A DNA stretch of 64,000 nt, from IMG/VR virus record IMGVR_UViG_3300046786_000748, positions 1 to 64,000 of that record. The stretch is one strand, 5' to 3'. Below, in pieces: positions 28,908 through 38,782 of the stretch. Source of the stretch: a virus. Below the pieces are notes generated by a model. It was not told the origin of the DNA. It saw only the letters and a program-made list of their open reading frames with translations, and made no database searches. Every line of letters starts with the position of its first letter. Position 1 is the first letter of the stretch. The position numbers and the translations under genes are program-made.

Positions 28908-30331
28908 TGTTAAAACAGATATTGACTGAAGGTGCGAAAGAACTTGCGGTTGAAGACTTTCTGAAAAATCTCATTCGGGGAACTGAATGGGAAAATAAAG
29001 TTTTTATAGCAGGTGGATATGTCCGTGATTATGTTATGGGCAAAGATCCAAAAGACCTTGATTTAATGGTTGATAAACCCAATGGAGGCATTGAATTTGC
29101 TAACTGGGTTACTCAAAGAATTGGAAATCACAAGGAAGGTTCCAATCCTGTTGTGTTTCCACGATTTGGAACCGCAAAGTTTAATCTTAATGGAATCACT
29201 CATAATGGTATGGATTTAGGTGGGATGGATATTGAAGCTGTCATGCCTAGAGCAGAAACTTATACCGCAGGTTCTCGTAAACCAGAAGTTGGGTTTTCTT
29301 CTTTACAAGGAGATGCCGAACGAAGAGATTTGACTGTTAATGCTTTATTTAAAAATCTATCTACTGGAGAAATTCTGGATTTAACTGGAAAAGGATTTGA
29401 CGACCTTAAAAAAGGCATTGTCAGAACTCCTCTGGAACCATCTAAAACTTTTACAGACGACCCTTTGAGAATGTTAAGGGTAGTTAGATTCTATGCCAAA
29501 TACAAATGGGATATTCCACTCCATATTGTAAAAGCTTTGAAAGCAAATTCACATCAGTTGAAAAATATTTCTGCTGAACGAATTCAAGACGAATTGAATA
29601 AAATGTTGATGACCGCGAATCCTGATAAAGCAGTTAAATTGTTGAAAGTCACCAACTTGATTCAATATGTTGTTCCTGAACTGAAACAAGCGGTTAAAAT
29701 GACTCAGAATCACCATCACAGTATGGATGTTTTTGGTCATACTATTGATGTATTGCGTAAAACCAAACCTGTTCTTGTTCAACGGTTAATGGGGTTGTTT
29801 CACGATATTGGCAAAATATCTACTAGATCCGTCACTCCATCAGGAGTTCATTTCTATGGACATGAACATGTTGGTGCGGAAATGGCTGAACAAATAATGA
29901 AACGTTTGAAGTATCCAAACGAAGTCATTGAAGCAGTCAAAAAGGGTATTGCTAACCATATGCGTCTTAAGCAAGGGGGTGATACCGCTGTTAATTTAAC
30001 CGACAAAGCATTGCGTAAATTTGTAATGGATGTTGGCGACCAATTAGAAAATGTGTTGGATTTAATTCATGCAGATAATATTGCTCATTCAGAAACATCA
30101 TCAATGCCTAATCAGATCGATTTTGTAAAAACAAGATTAAAAAGCATTGAAACTACAACTTCAAAACCAAAATTGCCTATTACAGGTTTTGATTTACAAA
30201 AAGAACTTGATTTAAAACCAGGTCCTATTTTCAGTGAAATCATGAAAGCAATAACTGAAGCTTGGTTGGAAAATCCAAAGTTAGATAAAAAAGAATCTTT
30301 AAATATAGCTAGAAAAATAGCTAAAGTATAA
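28904..30331 (+). CDS. cca: Class II CCA-adding tRNA nucleotidyltransferase with HD domain
   Basis: GGYVRD, DLDL, RRDLTVNAL, DDPLRMLR, SAERIQDE motifs, LFHDIGK HD motif, C-terminal LKPGP..IM. Confidence 0.9.
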   Translation: MMLKQILTEGAKELAVEDFLKNLIRGTEWENKVFIAGGYVRDYVMGKDPKDLDLMVDKPNGGIEFANWVTQRIGNHKEGSNPVVFPRFGTAKFNLNGITHNGMDLGGMDIEAVMPRAETYTAGSRKPEVGFSSLQGDAERRDLTVNALFKNLSTGEILDLTGKGFDDLKKGIVRTPLEPSKTFTDDPLRMLRVVRFYAKYKWDIPLHIVKALKANSHQLKNISAERIQDELNKMLMTANPDKAVKLLKVTNLIQYVVPELKQAVKMTQNHHHSMDVFGHTIDVLRKTKPVLVQRLMGLFHDIGKISTRSVTPSGVHFYGHEHVGAEMAEQIMKRLKYPNEVIEAVKKGIANHMRLKQGGDTAVNLTDKALRKFVMDVGDQLENVLDLIHADNIAHSETSSMPNQIDFVKTRLKSIETTTSKPKLPITGFDLQKELDLKPGPIFSEIMKAITEAWLENPKLDKKESLNIARKIAKV

Positions 30332-30360
30332 CCCCCTAAAATAACCTTTTAGGGGTTTTT
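30332..30360 (+). terminator. Rho-independent terminator after the cca operon
   Basis: cccctaaaa/ttttagggg stem followed by T-tract immediately after the stop codon. Confidence 0.8.
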
Positions 30361-30411
30361 CATGCGTTTTACTATTTATTATTTAACGGTTTAAAAAATA
30401 CTATTTATTAT

Positions 30412-30726
30412 ATGCTGATTTGTCGTAAATGGGGTTCAACTGATGTCAGATGGAAGGTTTCCAACTGGCTTTGGTCGGAATGCCAATTAGCAGAGGAACT
30501 TGGACAGATATACGAGTCAGGAATAGATGCGTCTCGGATATATGAAAATGACCTCTGGAGAAATGAACCTGAAAAACGAAAACGGTTAATTAGATTAATC
30601 TGTAAAGTTAAAGGCGAAAAATATGATGAGTCAAAAGAAAAACACGAAAATATTAAAATCAAAGTTGAAGATATTAAACTTGTGATTAAAGCCGTTTTGG
30701 ATATTGAATTGAAAGTCAAGGAATAA
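30412..30726 (+). CDS. Hypothetical protein
   Basis: 104-aa ORF preceded by TATTTATT; first gene of the + strand structural block. Confidence 0.6.
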   Translation: MLICRKWGSTDVRWKVSNWLWSECQLAEELGQIYESGIDASRIYENDLWRNEPEKRKRLIRLICKVKGEKYDESKEKHENIKIKVEDIKLVIKAVLDIELKVKE

Positions 30727-30728
30727 TT

Positions 30729-31289
30729 ATGCCATATAAACTTTATACAGATAAGCAAGAAGTTTTTGAATGTGAAGTCGCAGTAAAAAATGCTTCATTA
30801 AAAAACTCCGTCGCAAGACTTGTTGTAGAATCCGAAAACCTTGACTTGGTATTCAAAGGCAAAATTAACGATGGCAAATGTATTGTCCCAATCCGTAAAC
30901 TAAAAGGCATCCTTGATGAAAATACCAAAGGTAATATGTCTCTTGAAGTTATTGTTGAAGATACTTATTTTAAACCGTGGGAATCGGACTTTGTAGTTGA
31001 AGAACACACATCTATAAAAGTGGCCGTAAAAGAACAAAAAGAATCATCCAACAAACCAATTCTTGAAGTTAAAGTAAAAAATCCAGTTAGTTCTCATATT
31101 CAAAAAATTTCTATCCCCGTTCAAGAAATAGTATCCATTTGTAAGATTTTTGAAATTAATTCTAAAAACTTTAAAACATCCAAACGTAATGATTTTAAAC
31201 AATTAGTTAAAGAGTATTTTAAAGAAAACAAAGAGTTTCAGAAAAAGATGAATCCTATTTTAAATGAGGTTGTAAACAATCTCAAATGA
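30729..31289 (+). CDS. Hypothetical protein (beta-rich N-terminal domain)
   Basis: 186-aa ORF 2 nt downstream of the previous gene. Confidence 0.65.
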   Translation: MPYKLYTDKQEVFECEVAVKNASLKNSVARLVVESENLDLVFKGKINDGKCIVPIRKLKGILDENTKGNMSLEVIVEDTYFKPWESDFVVEEHTSIKVAVKEQKESSNKPILEVKVKNPVSSHIQKISIPVQEIVSICKIFEINSKNFKTSKRNDFKQLVKEYFKENKEFQKKMNPILNEVVNNLK

Positions 31290-31301
31290 TAGTTATGATA
31301 T

Positions 31302-32177
31302 ATGCGTTTTCCTTCAGAAAAAGTTGTCGGAATTTATAAAATCATTAACACTATTAACGATAAGTATTACGTCGGAAGTTCAAGTTTCATTTCCAAAAGA
31401 TGGGCAAGTCACCGTTCTTATTTAAACAGAAATGTTCATGCCAACGACTATCTTCAAAATTCTTGGAATAAATATAAAGAAGAAGGTTTCGTTTTTTTGG
31501 TCATAGAAAAACTTCCTATTTTTACTACAGACGAAGAATTATTGATGGTTGAACAAAAATATCTAGATATTGCTAAATCTGAACCTGATAAATGTTATAA
31601 TTTAAACTTCGTAGCAAACAATCCAAACTCTCATTTAAGCGAATATTCCAAACAAAAAAGGTCCGAATCTCTTAAAAGAGTAATAAAAACAAAAGAGTGG
31701 AAACAGAAAATTTCTCGTTCTCATGTTGGAATACGACATTCGAACGAAACTAAAGAAAAACTTAAAAAGATTATGACTGGAAGAAAACAATCTGATAGTC
31801 AAAAAAACAATGCTACTGAAAGTAGAAGAAAAAACTGGGAGTTTTTTTCTCCGGGTGGAAATGTTATAAAAATTCACGATTTAAAACGATTTTGTAAAGA
31901 AAACAAACTTCATCTCCCAAGTATGTATAGTGTTTTTTATGGAAAACGAAAAACACACAAAGGATGGATGTCGGAAAACAGTAAAAACGCACCTATTAAA
32001 AAAAGAAAATGTTCTAGATATAAACATTATTTGTTTATATCACCATCCAACGAAATAGTTAATATACAAAATTTAAAAGAGTTTTGCATTGTTAATGGAT
32101 TAAATCAAACGTGTATGTATGATATTCATTCTGAAAAAAAATATAGACATACTCATAAAAGATGGAGAAAAGCTTGA
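31302..32177 (+). CDS. GIY-YIG homing endonuclease with NUMOD3-like and repeated C-terminal DNA-binding modules
   Basis: GIYKIINTINDKYYVGSS...RW..H...HAN..LQNSW...EQKYLD; HSNETKEKL; two F.SP....I..LK.FC..N.L....MY modules. Confidence 0.9.
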   Translation: MRFPSEKVVGIYKIINTINDKYYVGSSSFISKRWASHRSYLNRNVHANDYLQNSWNKYKEEGFVFLVIEKLPIFTTDEELLMVEQKYLDIAKSEPDKCYNLNFVANNPNSHLSEYSKQKRSESLKRVIKTKEWKQKISRSHVGIRHSNETKEKLKKIMTGRKQSDSQKNNATESRRKNWEFFSPGGNVIKIHDLKRFCKENKLHLPSMYSVFYGKRKTHKGWMSENSKNAPIKKRKCSRYKHYLFISPSNEIVNIQNLKEFCIVNGLNQTCMYDIHSEKKYRHTHKRWRKA

Positions 32178-33208
32178 ACTTTCCATTACGTAATCTCACC
32201 GAGCAGTACATAAGTTCATCTTATCAAGATGTTCTTCAGCAATACTTTCCATCTGATACTTTTTATGTATTGGATGGTTATGGAAACGTAGTATTTACTT
32301 TACCATCGGCATCTGTAGGACAAATGTTGATTACGTCAAATTTGACGGCATCAATGACGGTTGCTTCATCATCCTATACTGTAACGCAATCCTACACAAA
32401 CGTTTTAATTCAATCGTCTTCGTTTGCTTCCTCATCGGTTTCATCAAGTTATGCGTTAAATTCAACGTTTGCTGAGTCAGCTCTGTATTCTGAATTTTCA
32501 GGAACTTCTTCTTTAGCAGCAGATGCTATTTCAGCATCTTACGCATTATCTGCTTCATACGCACCGTTTGTTCAGGTTTACCAAACGAACACAGTATCAT
32601 CTAGTTGGGCTAGTAGTTCTTTAAGTTCAAGTTATTCTAATTTAGCATTAACCGCAAGCTATGTTTTAAACGCAGGTCAGTCAGGAGGAACGACTTTAAT
32701 TACAAGTTCTTTTTATCCAATAACCAGTAGTTGGTCTGAATCATCATCTTGGGCTCCTGGAAGCGAAACATCTATTTCTTCTAGTTATGCTTTAACTGCA
32801 AGTTATGCTTTAAACGCAGGTCAATCTAGCGGAGGGATAACTTTAATAACAGGAAGTTTTTATCCAATTAGTTCAAGTTGGTCTATTTCATCAAGTTGGT
32901 CTCCTGGAAGCGGAACGTCTCAAACTTCGTCATATTCATTATTTGCTTTAACTGCTTCTTATGTAAACGTAATTCCAAGCGGTTCAACGGAATCTGCTAG
33001 TTATGCTTTAACTGCTTCTTACGCATCAAATATTGGAGGAATTTCTATACCGACATACGATTATTCAAATATTATTTATAGCGGTCCAAACAGTCAAATA
33101 GGAACGTGTACGTATAGATTGGGTGGAATATCAGGAAGTATTGTAGCAGAAATAACCGCAATTTATAACGGAAACCTATTTATAGGAGTGAGCAAAAGTT
33201 TAGGATAA
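32162..33208 (+). CDS. Ser-rich virion structural protein (348 aa)
   Basis: TASYA/SSSWA repeats and GGTTL.TGSFYPITSSW module shared with the 850-aa protein; start uncertain (ATG 32162 inside the endonuclease gene or TTG 32174). Confidence 0.65.
   Translation: MEKSLNFPLRNLTEQYISSSYQDVLQQYFPSDTFYVLDGYGNVVFTLPSASVGQMLITSNLTASMTVASSSYTVTQSYTNVLIQSSSFASSSVSSSYALNSTFAESALYSEFSGTSSLAADAISASYALSASYAPFVQVYQTNTVSSSWASSSLSSSYSNLALTASYVLNAGQSGGTTLITSSFYPITSSWSESSSWAPGSETSISSSYALTASYALNAGQSSGGITLITGSFYPISSSWSISSSWSPGSGTSQTSSYSLFALTASYVNVIPSGSTESASYALTASYASNIGGISIPTYDYSNIIYSGPNSQIGTCTYRLGGISGSIVAEITAIYNGNLFIGVSKSLG
33177..33184 (+). promoter_or_regulatory. TATTTATA late-promoter-like motif
   Basis: Inside the 3' end of the 348-aa gene, 28 nt before ATG 33213. 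Confidence 0.45.
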
Positions 33209-33212
33209 TTTT

Positions 33213-36200
33213 ATGGCAAGACTAAGTGTTTTAACCGATATAAATGTAGACACTTTAACGTGGAACAACTTTGATGGGCTCTGGATAAGAAACGGAGCCA
33301 CTCTCACCGTTAGCACCCCACAAGTTAAATGTTGGGCCAACGTTCTTATTGATAATGGTACATTAAATATAGTTAATACATCTAGTACAGTACCCATTAG
33401 ATTTTTGATGGGTAGAAATACAGCAACGCCGTGTATTATTTCCGGATCATCAGGATTGGGAATTATCAATATTACTGGAAGTTGGATTTATTTGAACGGC
33501 AGTGGAAGCGGACAACCATATCAAGTATTTTCACAACCATATACCGATTTTGTTCCTGCTGTTTGGGTTGAAGAAAGTGCTGGTTCAAACACATATAAAC
33601 CTTGGTTAAATTTAACCAGTCAAGTCGGAGAAACACTACAATATTTCAAAAAAGATTTGGAATTTGCTTATACAGGTAGTATGGGCAATTTCTTCTACCA
33701 AGAAACTGTAAAAGAACCGTATCCCTGGTCATTTACAGGCAGTCTTTCTTCCAGTTTATCTTCGTCAATTCGAAGCGGAGTATCATTGCTTTATTCATCC
33801 TCAATTTATTTCGGCAACAATATTAACGGCAATGTCGTTCCATCTGGGTCTAGAATTCGTCTACCAAACATAATGGTGACGGATGTAACTCCGTTAAACT
33901 TGTTATCAGCAACATCTGTTAACTCTGCTAACTTTCAAGGTACTGTCGGTTGTGTATTCAACTTCGACACCGTTTTATTTGATGAATCTTTAGGCACGTT
34001 TAACCAACCGCAATCTCTTACTATGAGAAATTGTGCTTGGTCCGAATATCCAACCATCACTGAATGTTATTCAGTAACTATTGATAATGTCGTTCTAACA
34101 TCACACCCGCCGCGACGATATTATCCTTCTACTAACGCCGGTTGGTCTACCAGAGATTTAAGATGGGGAACTCAAATGGCGTGGAACTATATTAGCAACG
34201 CTAATATAAATGGTCTTTATATCTGTAACCACAGTCCTACTGCGTTGTTCAGTAACCAAAATACAGCAACAGCAGCAACCACTGCAAATACACCCCTTTA
34301 TCTTTCATTCTGTAACAATCTTACTGTAAATAATTTACAAATTTATCGACCGTTTAAATCAAAAAACTTTCAATATGGTCTAATATTGTATTATGTAAAC
34401 AACAGTACGTTTAATAATATAGGATTGTACGGTGGAGATTATTTTAACATTTACAATTCAGGAAATAATACTTTTACTAACATTACGGCCTCTGCTAATT
34501 TTTCTCCAGATACAACGGGGTTTACAACAGCGTGGAGAATCGGTTCTGACCCTGGAACAGGCAATCCGCTTGTTTTAGGTCAAAAATATTACATCAAAAC
34601 AATAGCTTACCGTTCTTGGCAAGATCCAACAGGGTCATTTCCTTTAAATAATTATTTTTTCAATCAAACCGGATCAGAATTTGTAGAAAGTATGCAGTAT
34701 TCTTTTACTCCATACACAGCAAGCAAACAAAGCAGTTCATACAAAAATCATGTTGATTATCTAAGCGTTGTTCCTCAATATGGGTTGAATGTAAATAACT
34801 TTTCAACTCCATCTGCATCTTTTACTTGGGTTCAAAGAGCTCCATTTTTCAACTATGAAATTTATAGAGGAACTACTCCGGAATTTACTGCAAGAAACGG
34901 TTCAACTTTGGTTTATAGTTCATCTACTGCCGCAACCGTAACTTATATAGATACTGGATCTGTATCAAAACCTTTAAATGTGGGTTCGAAATATTACTAC
35001 GTTTTTAGAAAATACGACCAAGCAGGCGTTTGGAGTGATTCTGCAGAACAAGAAGTTTGGTTTCAATCGTTACCAAGTGGTTCAAATTTATTAAGACAAT
35101 CTCAATTATTTAACTTAGCAGAATGGGTTAAAACAGACGTAAGCGCAACCGCTGATCAAAAGTTGTCACCAAATGACGTTCCTATTGCAACATCGGCCAC
35201 ACTAACTGGAGATTTATTAGTCTTTACAAGTGCGGCAGGAAGTGTAGTCCAGACCGCTTCTGTTATAGTAAACAATCCATATTGTTTTTCAATTTATTTA
35301 TCATCACTGACATCCAGTGTATCAATGTCCATTTCCGCATCATCTGGCGGTGGTGGTATGAACATTTCTTCGTCTTATGTAATTGGTCAGACTTGGACGA
35401 AATGTACATTGCCGTTTACACCAACATCTACAACCGCTTCTGTAGGAATATTTGCTAGACCAACTTTTACAGCAGGAACAAAAATATATGCTTTTGGATC
35501 GCAAATAAACACCGGATCTCAAGTTACTCCGTATATAACATCAGTAACTCCGGTTCATCAAAGACCTATGTCAGTAGAACCTACTTCATTAAGATGGTGG
35601 TCTAGAGGATCGAATGGTTCTGGACTTGAAGTAACGTTTGGGGCTGCTCCAGCTGGAACATTATGGTGGGAACTTCATGTAGCAACATCATCTAATTTCA
35701 TACCAACACAAAATACTAGAGCGGCATCATCTATAGCAAGTGGTATTGGGGGGCCATTTTACTTATCTAACGCAAACACAAACACTTTTAATACATTCAA
35801 CCAAATAACTCCATCTGGCTATGGAAACTATTTTATGACTATGGCCAATTCAACATCTAATAATAGATTTTTGAATTTTAACTTAAATTATGCTTATGCT
35901 GGATATCCGTTATTAGTAATTAACACATTAGCAAATGATAATTTCTTGCATAACTGGACTGTAAAAAATTACAGAAACTACGTGTCTAGCATATACTGGA
36001 TAACTGCTGTTAACAACGCTCAAGGATTAACAATACAAAATCTTTATTCCAATAACTCTGATATTCCACTGTATAATTTAAACCTCAATGTTGCGTCAAA
36101 AAATGTATCGGCAGCAAATGGTAGACCAACTACAGCTGCGGTAACATACTTGTTATCAGGAGGAGGAACAGACCAAAATTCTATAGTTTACGGACAGGTA

Positions 36201-37301
36201 TATGATACTATTTTTAATGAATTTGTTTGGAACCCCCCTTCAGGATCAATGACGTTGAATTTTAACGCAAGTTCAAAAACACCGTTGCCTTATGTTATAA
36301 CAGGAAGCATTTTCTTTTCTAATACAGGAAGATTATATTTTAATTCCACCGGAAGTATCGAATATGAATGGCCGTGGAAAATATATGGAATTTCCGGATT
36401 TAGACCTGATCACACATTAGATGCTGGTTCCGCATCAATTGAAATTGTTGGAAATTCATGGCTACCATCAATTGTAGCAAACTCTAGAGATTTAAGTATC
36501 CCAGCAAATGCCGGATATCTAATGGCACCTTGTTTAAAGAAAGAATTTGCGTTTAAAACAGGATCATCTTATGGAGGTTGGATTGAATTGTCAGGATCAC
36601 TATCCGGTTCCAACCCAACGTGGACAGCATTATCTTTTGACCCATCTGTAGGGTTTAATATGAAAGTCAAACTGACTGCTAGACCTTCTTTAAACTTTGA
36701 TGGTCAAGGAACAACACCAACGTCTAGTTTTGTAGTTGGTGAGTATGTTACCGGATCTTTATCAGGTGCAAAAGCTAAAATAATAGATCAGTATCAAATT
36801 GTAGATATATCAACAGATGGCACTTTAGTTTTAGATGATATAACAGGAGTTTTTAGAGATAACGAAATTCTTTTGGGAGCTAATAATAGAAACAAAGGAC
36901 TTGCAAACGGAACGGGGTCAGTAAACTTTATTCCTGCAAACATATTAATGCCACAACCGACATCTTATATTGATCAACTACAATGGTTTACAATAGTAAA
37001 CACATCATCTTTATATCCAGTTTCATCACCAACATTAACCATAACAGGAATGAAATCTGGATCAACAATTGATGTAATAAGACAATCGGATTCATATATT
37101 TTAGATCAAGGCGATATTAGTGTTGATGATGAAGATTACACGTTTACATATGATTATTTCCAAGATACTCCTGTATATTTGGTTATTCAAAACTTAGGAT
37201 ATGTTTATCAAAGGTTAGAAGCCACGCTTACAGAAGACAATTTATCAATTCCAGTTGAACAAACGATAGACAGAAACTATAAAAACCTTCCTGGATCATA
37301 A
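33213..37301 (+). CDS. Large virion structural protein (probable beta-helix, Fn3-like and carbohydrate-binding-like domains; 1362 aa)
   Basis: Asn-rich beta-helix-like stretches (NNSTFNNI, NNTFTNI), Fn3-like YEIYRGT...YIDT...YYYV, NLLRQSQLF..W CBM-like segment; ends DRNYKN. Confidence 0.65.
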   Translation: MARLSVLTDINVDTLTWNNFDGLWIRNGATLTVSTPQVKCWANVLIDNGTLNIVNTSSTVPIRFLMGRNTATPCIISGSSGLGIINITGSWIYLNGSGSGQPYQVFSQPYTDFVPAVWVEESAGSNTYKPWLNLTSQVGETLQYFKKDLEFAYTGSMGNFFYQETVKEPYPWSFTGSLSSSLSSSIRSGVSLLYSSSIYFGNNINGNVVPSGSRIRLPNIMVTDVTPLNLLSATSVNSANFQGTVGCVFNFDTVLFDESLGTFNQPQSLTMRNCAWSEYPTITECYSVTIDNVVLTSHPPRRYYPSTNAGWSTRDLRWGTQMAWNYISNANINGLYICNHSPTALFSNQNTATAATTANTPLYLSFCNNLTVNNLQIYRPFKSKNFQYGLILYYVNNSTFNNIGLYGGDYFNIYNSGNNTFTNITASANFSPDTTGFTTAWRIGSDPGTGNPLVLGQKYYIKTIAYRSWQDPTGSFPLNNYFFNQTGSEFVESMQYSFTPYTASKQSSSYKNHVDYLSVVPQYGLNVNNFSTPSASFTWVQRAPFFNYEIYRGTTPEFTARNGSTLVYSSSTAATVTYIDTGSVSKPLNVGSKYYYVFRKYDQAGVWSDSAEQEVWFQSLPSGSNLLRQSQLFNLAEWVKTDVSATADQKLSPNDVPIATSATLTGDLLVFTSAAGSVVQTASVIVNNPYCFSIYLSSLTSSVSMSISASSGGGGMNISSSYVIGQTWTKCTLPFTPTSTTASVGIFARPTFTAGTKIYAFGSQINTGSQVTPYITSVTPVHQRPMSVEPTSLRWWSRGSNGSGLEVTFGAAPAGTLWWELHVATSSNFIPTQNTRAASSIASGIGGPFYLSNANTNTFNTFNQITPSGYGNYFMTMANSTSNNRFLNFNLNYAYAGYPLLVINTLANDNFLHNWTVKNYRNYVSSIYWITAVNNAQGLTIQNLYSNNSDIPLYNLNLNVASKNVSAANGRPTTAAVTYLLSGGGTDQNSIVYGQVYDTIFNEFVWNPPSGSMTLNFNASSKTPLPYVITGSIFFSNTGRLYFNSTGSIEYEWPWKIYGISGFRPDHTLDAGSASIEIVGNSWLPSIVANSRDLSIPANAGYLMAPCLKKEFAFKTGSSYGGWIELSGSLSGSNPTWTALSFDPSVGFNMKVKLTARPSLNFDGQGTTPTSSFVVGEYVTGSLSGAKAKIIDQYQIVDISTDGTLVLDDITGVFRDNEILLGANNRNKGLANGTGSVNFIPANILMPQPTSYIDQLQWFTIVNTSSLYPVSSPTLTITGMKSGSTIDVIRQSDSYILDQGDISVDDEDYTFTYDYFQDTPVYLVIQNLGYVYQRLEATLTEDNLSIPVEQTIDRNYKNLPGS

Positions 37302-37324
37302 TAAGATTGGTGATTTGGTAGGTA

Positions 37325-37332
37325 TATTTATA
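37325..37332 (+). promoter_or_regulatory. TATTTATA late-promoter-like motif
   Basis: 26 nt before ATG 37359. Confidence 0.6.
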
Positions 37333-37358
37333 TTTATTTACATTAACAGGAACATAAT

Positions 37359-38741
37359 ATGGCAAAGATTACAGACCCAGATCTATTAGTAAAAAATACG
37401 GAGATAACGTTTCTTTCAGGAAGTAAAAGAATTGCTTTGAATATCGCAGGAAATCTTTCTTATGATGGTGCAACGATGCAAGCGGTATATTCTAAATGTA
37501 AGGAACTCTGGAAAACCGATGAATCTCTTGTCAGATACCCATTTCCACTTATTTCCATTACCGAAAAGAAATTCGATTTCATTGACGGTTGGGATTTCAC
37601 CGGTTCAGTTCCATCGAGACCTAATCTGACAAGAGAACTCATTCGTGATGCTGGTTGGTCTGTTCAAAATCCGGCAAATAGTTCAACAGAAGAATGGATG
37701 GGATTTGTATCTTTAGGTACTATTGGTGATACTGATCAAGTTTATATTCAACAAAGTTCTTCGGGAGCACCTTCTAACGTAGTGTTTACGGGGTCTGTCA
37801 ATGAACCTGTTTTGATTTATGCTTCTGCTTCTTTAAATGGATTTGCTGATAGAAATTATAGAGATTATTTCAAACCATTTATTCGTATTCAAGGTAAAAC
37901 ATATGATGCTTCCAACCTTTCTGCAATCGGTGAATCTACTGTAACATATCAAGTTTATTCTTTCCCGCTTGGTAATGCTTCTGATACTAAAATTGAAGCA
38001 ACCGATGCTGAAATTACAAGTTCGTCTCCTTATACGAGCATGTCGATTTATTATTACACCGGGTCTCTTTATAAGCAAGTTGGAGCGTTGTCATATCCAT
38101 TTGATATTATAGTTGATGGGAATAATGGTAGCAAACAAGAAATCTATGAATTTTGTCAATACAAACTCAGACAAAATGCTAATATAAATTCTGGTTCTGG
38201 TGCATCATCAGGAGTGTTTTTAGGAGATGTAACAGGCAAAACCGCTGACCAACTCTGTTCATTCGTTGGAGATACTCTTTATACTGCTGAAGGCGTTTTT
38301 ATAGAAAACATTCAAAATACAGATATTAACTTCTACGTTTTTAGAGACACAGGAAGTTTTCAACATTCTTATCCATACGTCGCTGCTGGAACGATAACTT
38401 TCAACTCGTATTTGAAATCCGATCCTTCTTCTTCTTATAAAATGTTTTTTACATCTACACCATCAAGTAGTTTTGGTTCTGCTTCCGCTGTAATTGTTCA
38501 AGATAATAATGAAAATCCAATCACTGGTTCAGCATACGGTTTAGATTCGGTATCATTTACGTTTGATTACGATGGAAATGTTCAAGGTTCAAGAACTGCT
38601 CAAACAGATGCAGCAGTAACTATCGTGGCAATCGGTTTGAATACAGGACAATACGTTTCTACAGTTGGTACAATCGCTAGAACTAATGCAAATGCATTTT
38701 CATTAGTTGCTGCTCTTGAACGTAATTATAGAAACGTATAA
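37359..38741 (+). CDS. Virion structural protein (460 aa)
   Basis: Beta-rich, AGGA upstream, N-terminal domain similar to the 188-aa protein, ends ERNYRN. Confidence 0.65.
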   Translation: MAKITDPDLLVKNTEITFLSGSKRIALNIAGNLSYDGATMQAVYSKCKELWKTDESLVRYPFPLISITEKKFDFIDGWDFTGSVPSRPNLTRELIRDAGWSVQNPANSSTEEWMGFVSLGTIGDTDQVYIQQSSSGAPSNVVFTGSVNEPVLIYASASLNGFADRNYRDYFKPFIRIQGKTYDASNLSAIGESTVTYQVYSFPLGNASDTKIEATDAEITSSSPYTSMSIYYYTGSLYKQVGALSYPFDIIVDGNNGSKQEIYEFCQYKLRQNANINSGSGASSGVFLGDVTGKTADQLCSFVGDTLYTAEGVFIENIQNTDINFYVFRDTGSFQHSYPYVAAGTITFNSYLKSDPSSSYKMFFTSTPSSSFGSASAVIVQDNNENPITGSAYGLDSVSFTFDYDGNVQGSRTAQTDAAVTIVAIGLNTGQYVSTVGTIARTNANAFSLVAALERNYRNV

Positions 38742-38782
38742 GGTAATTGGTAAAATAGTTATAAACATAGGAAAAATAAATT

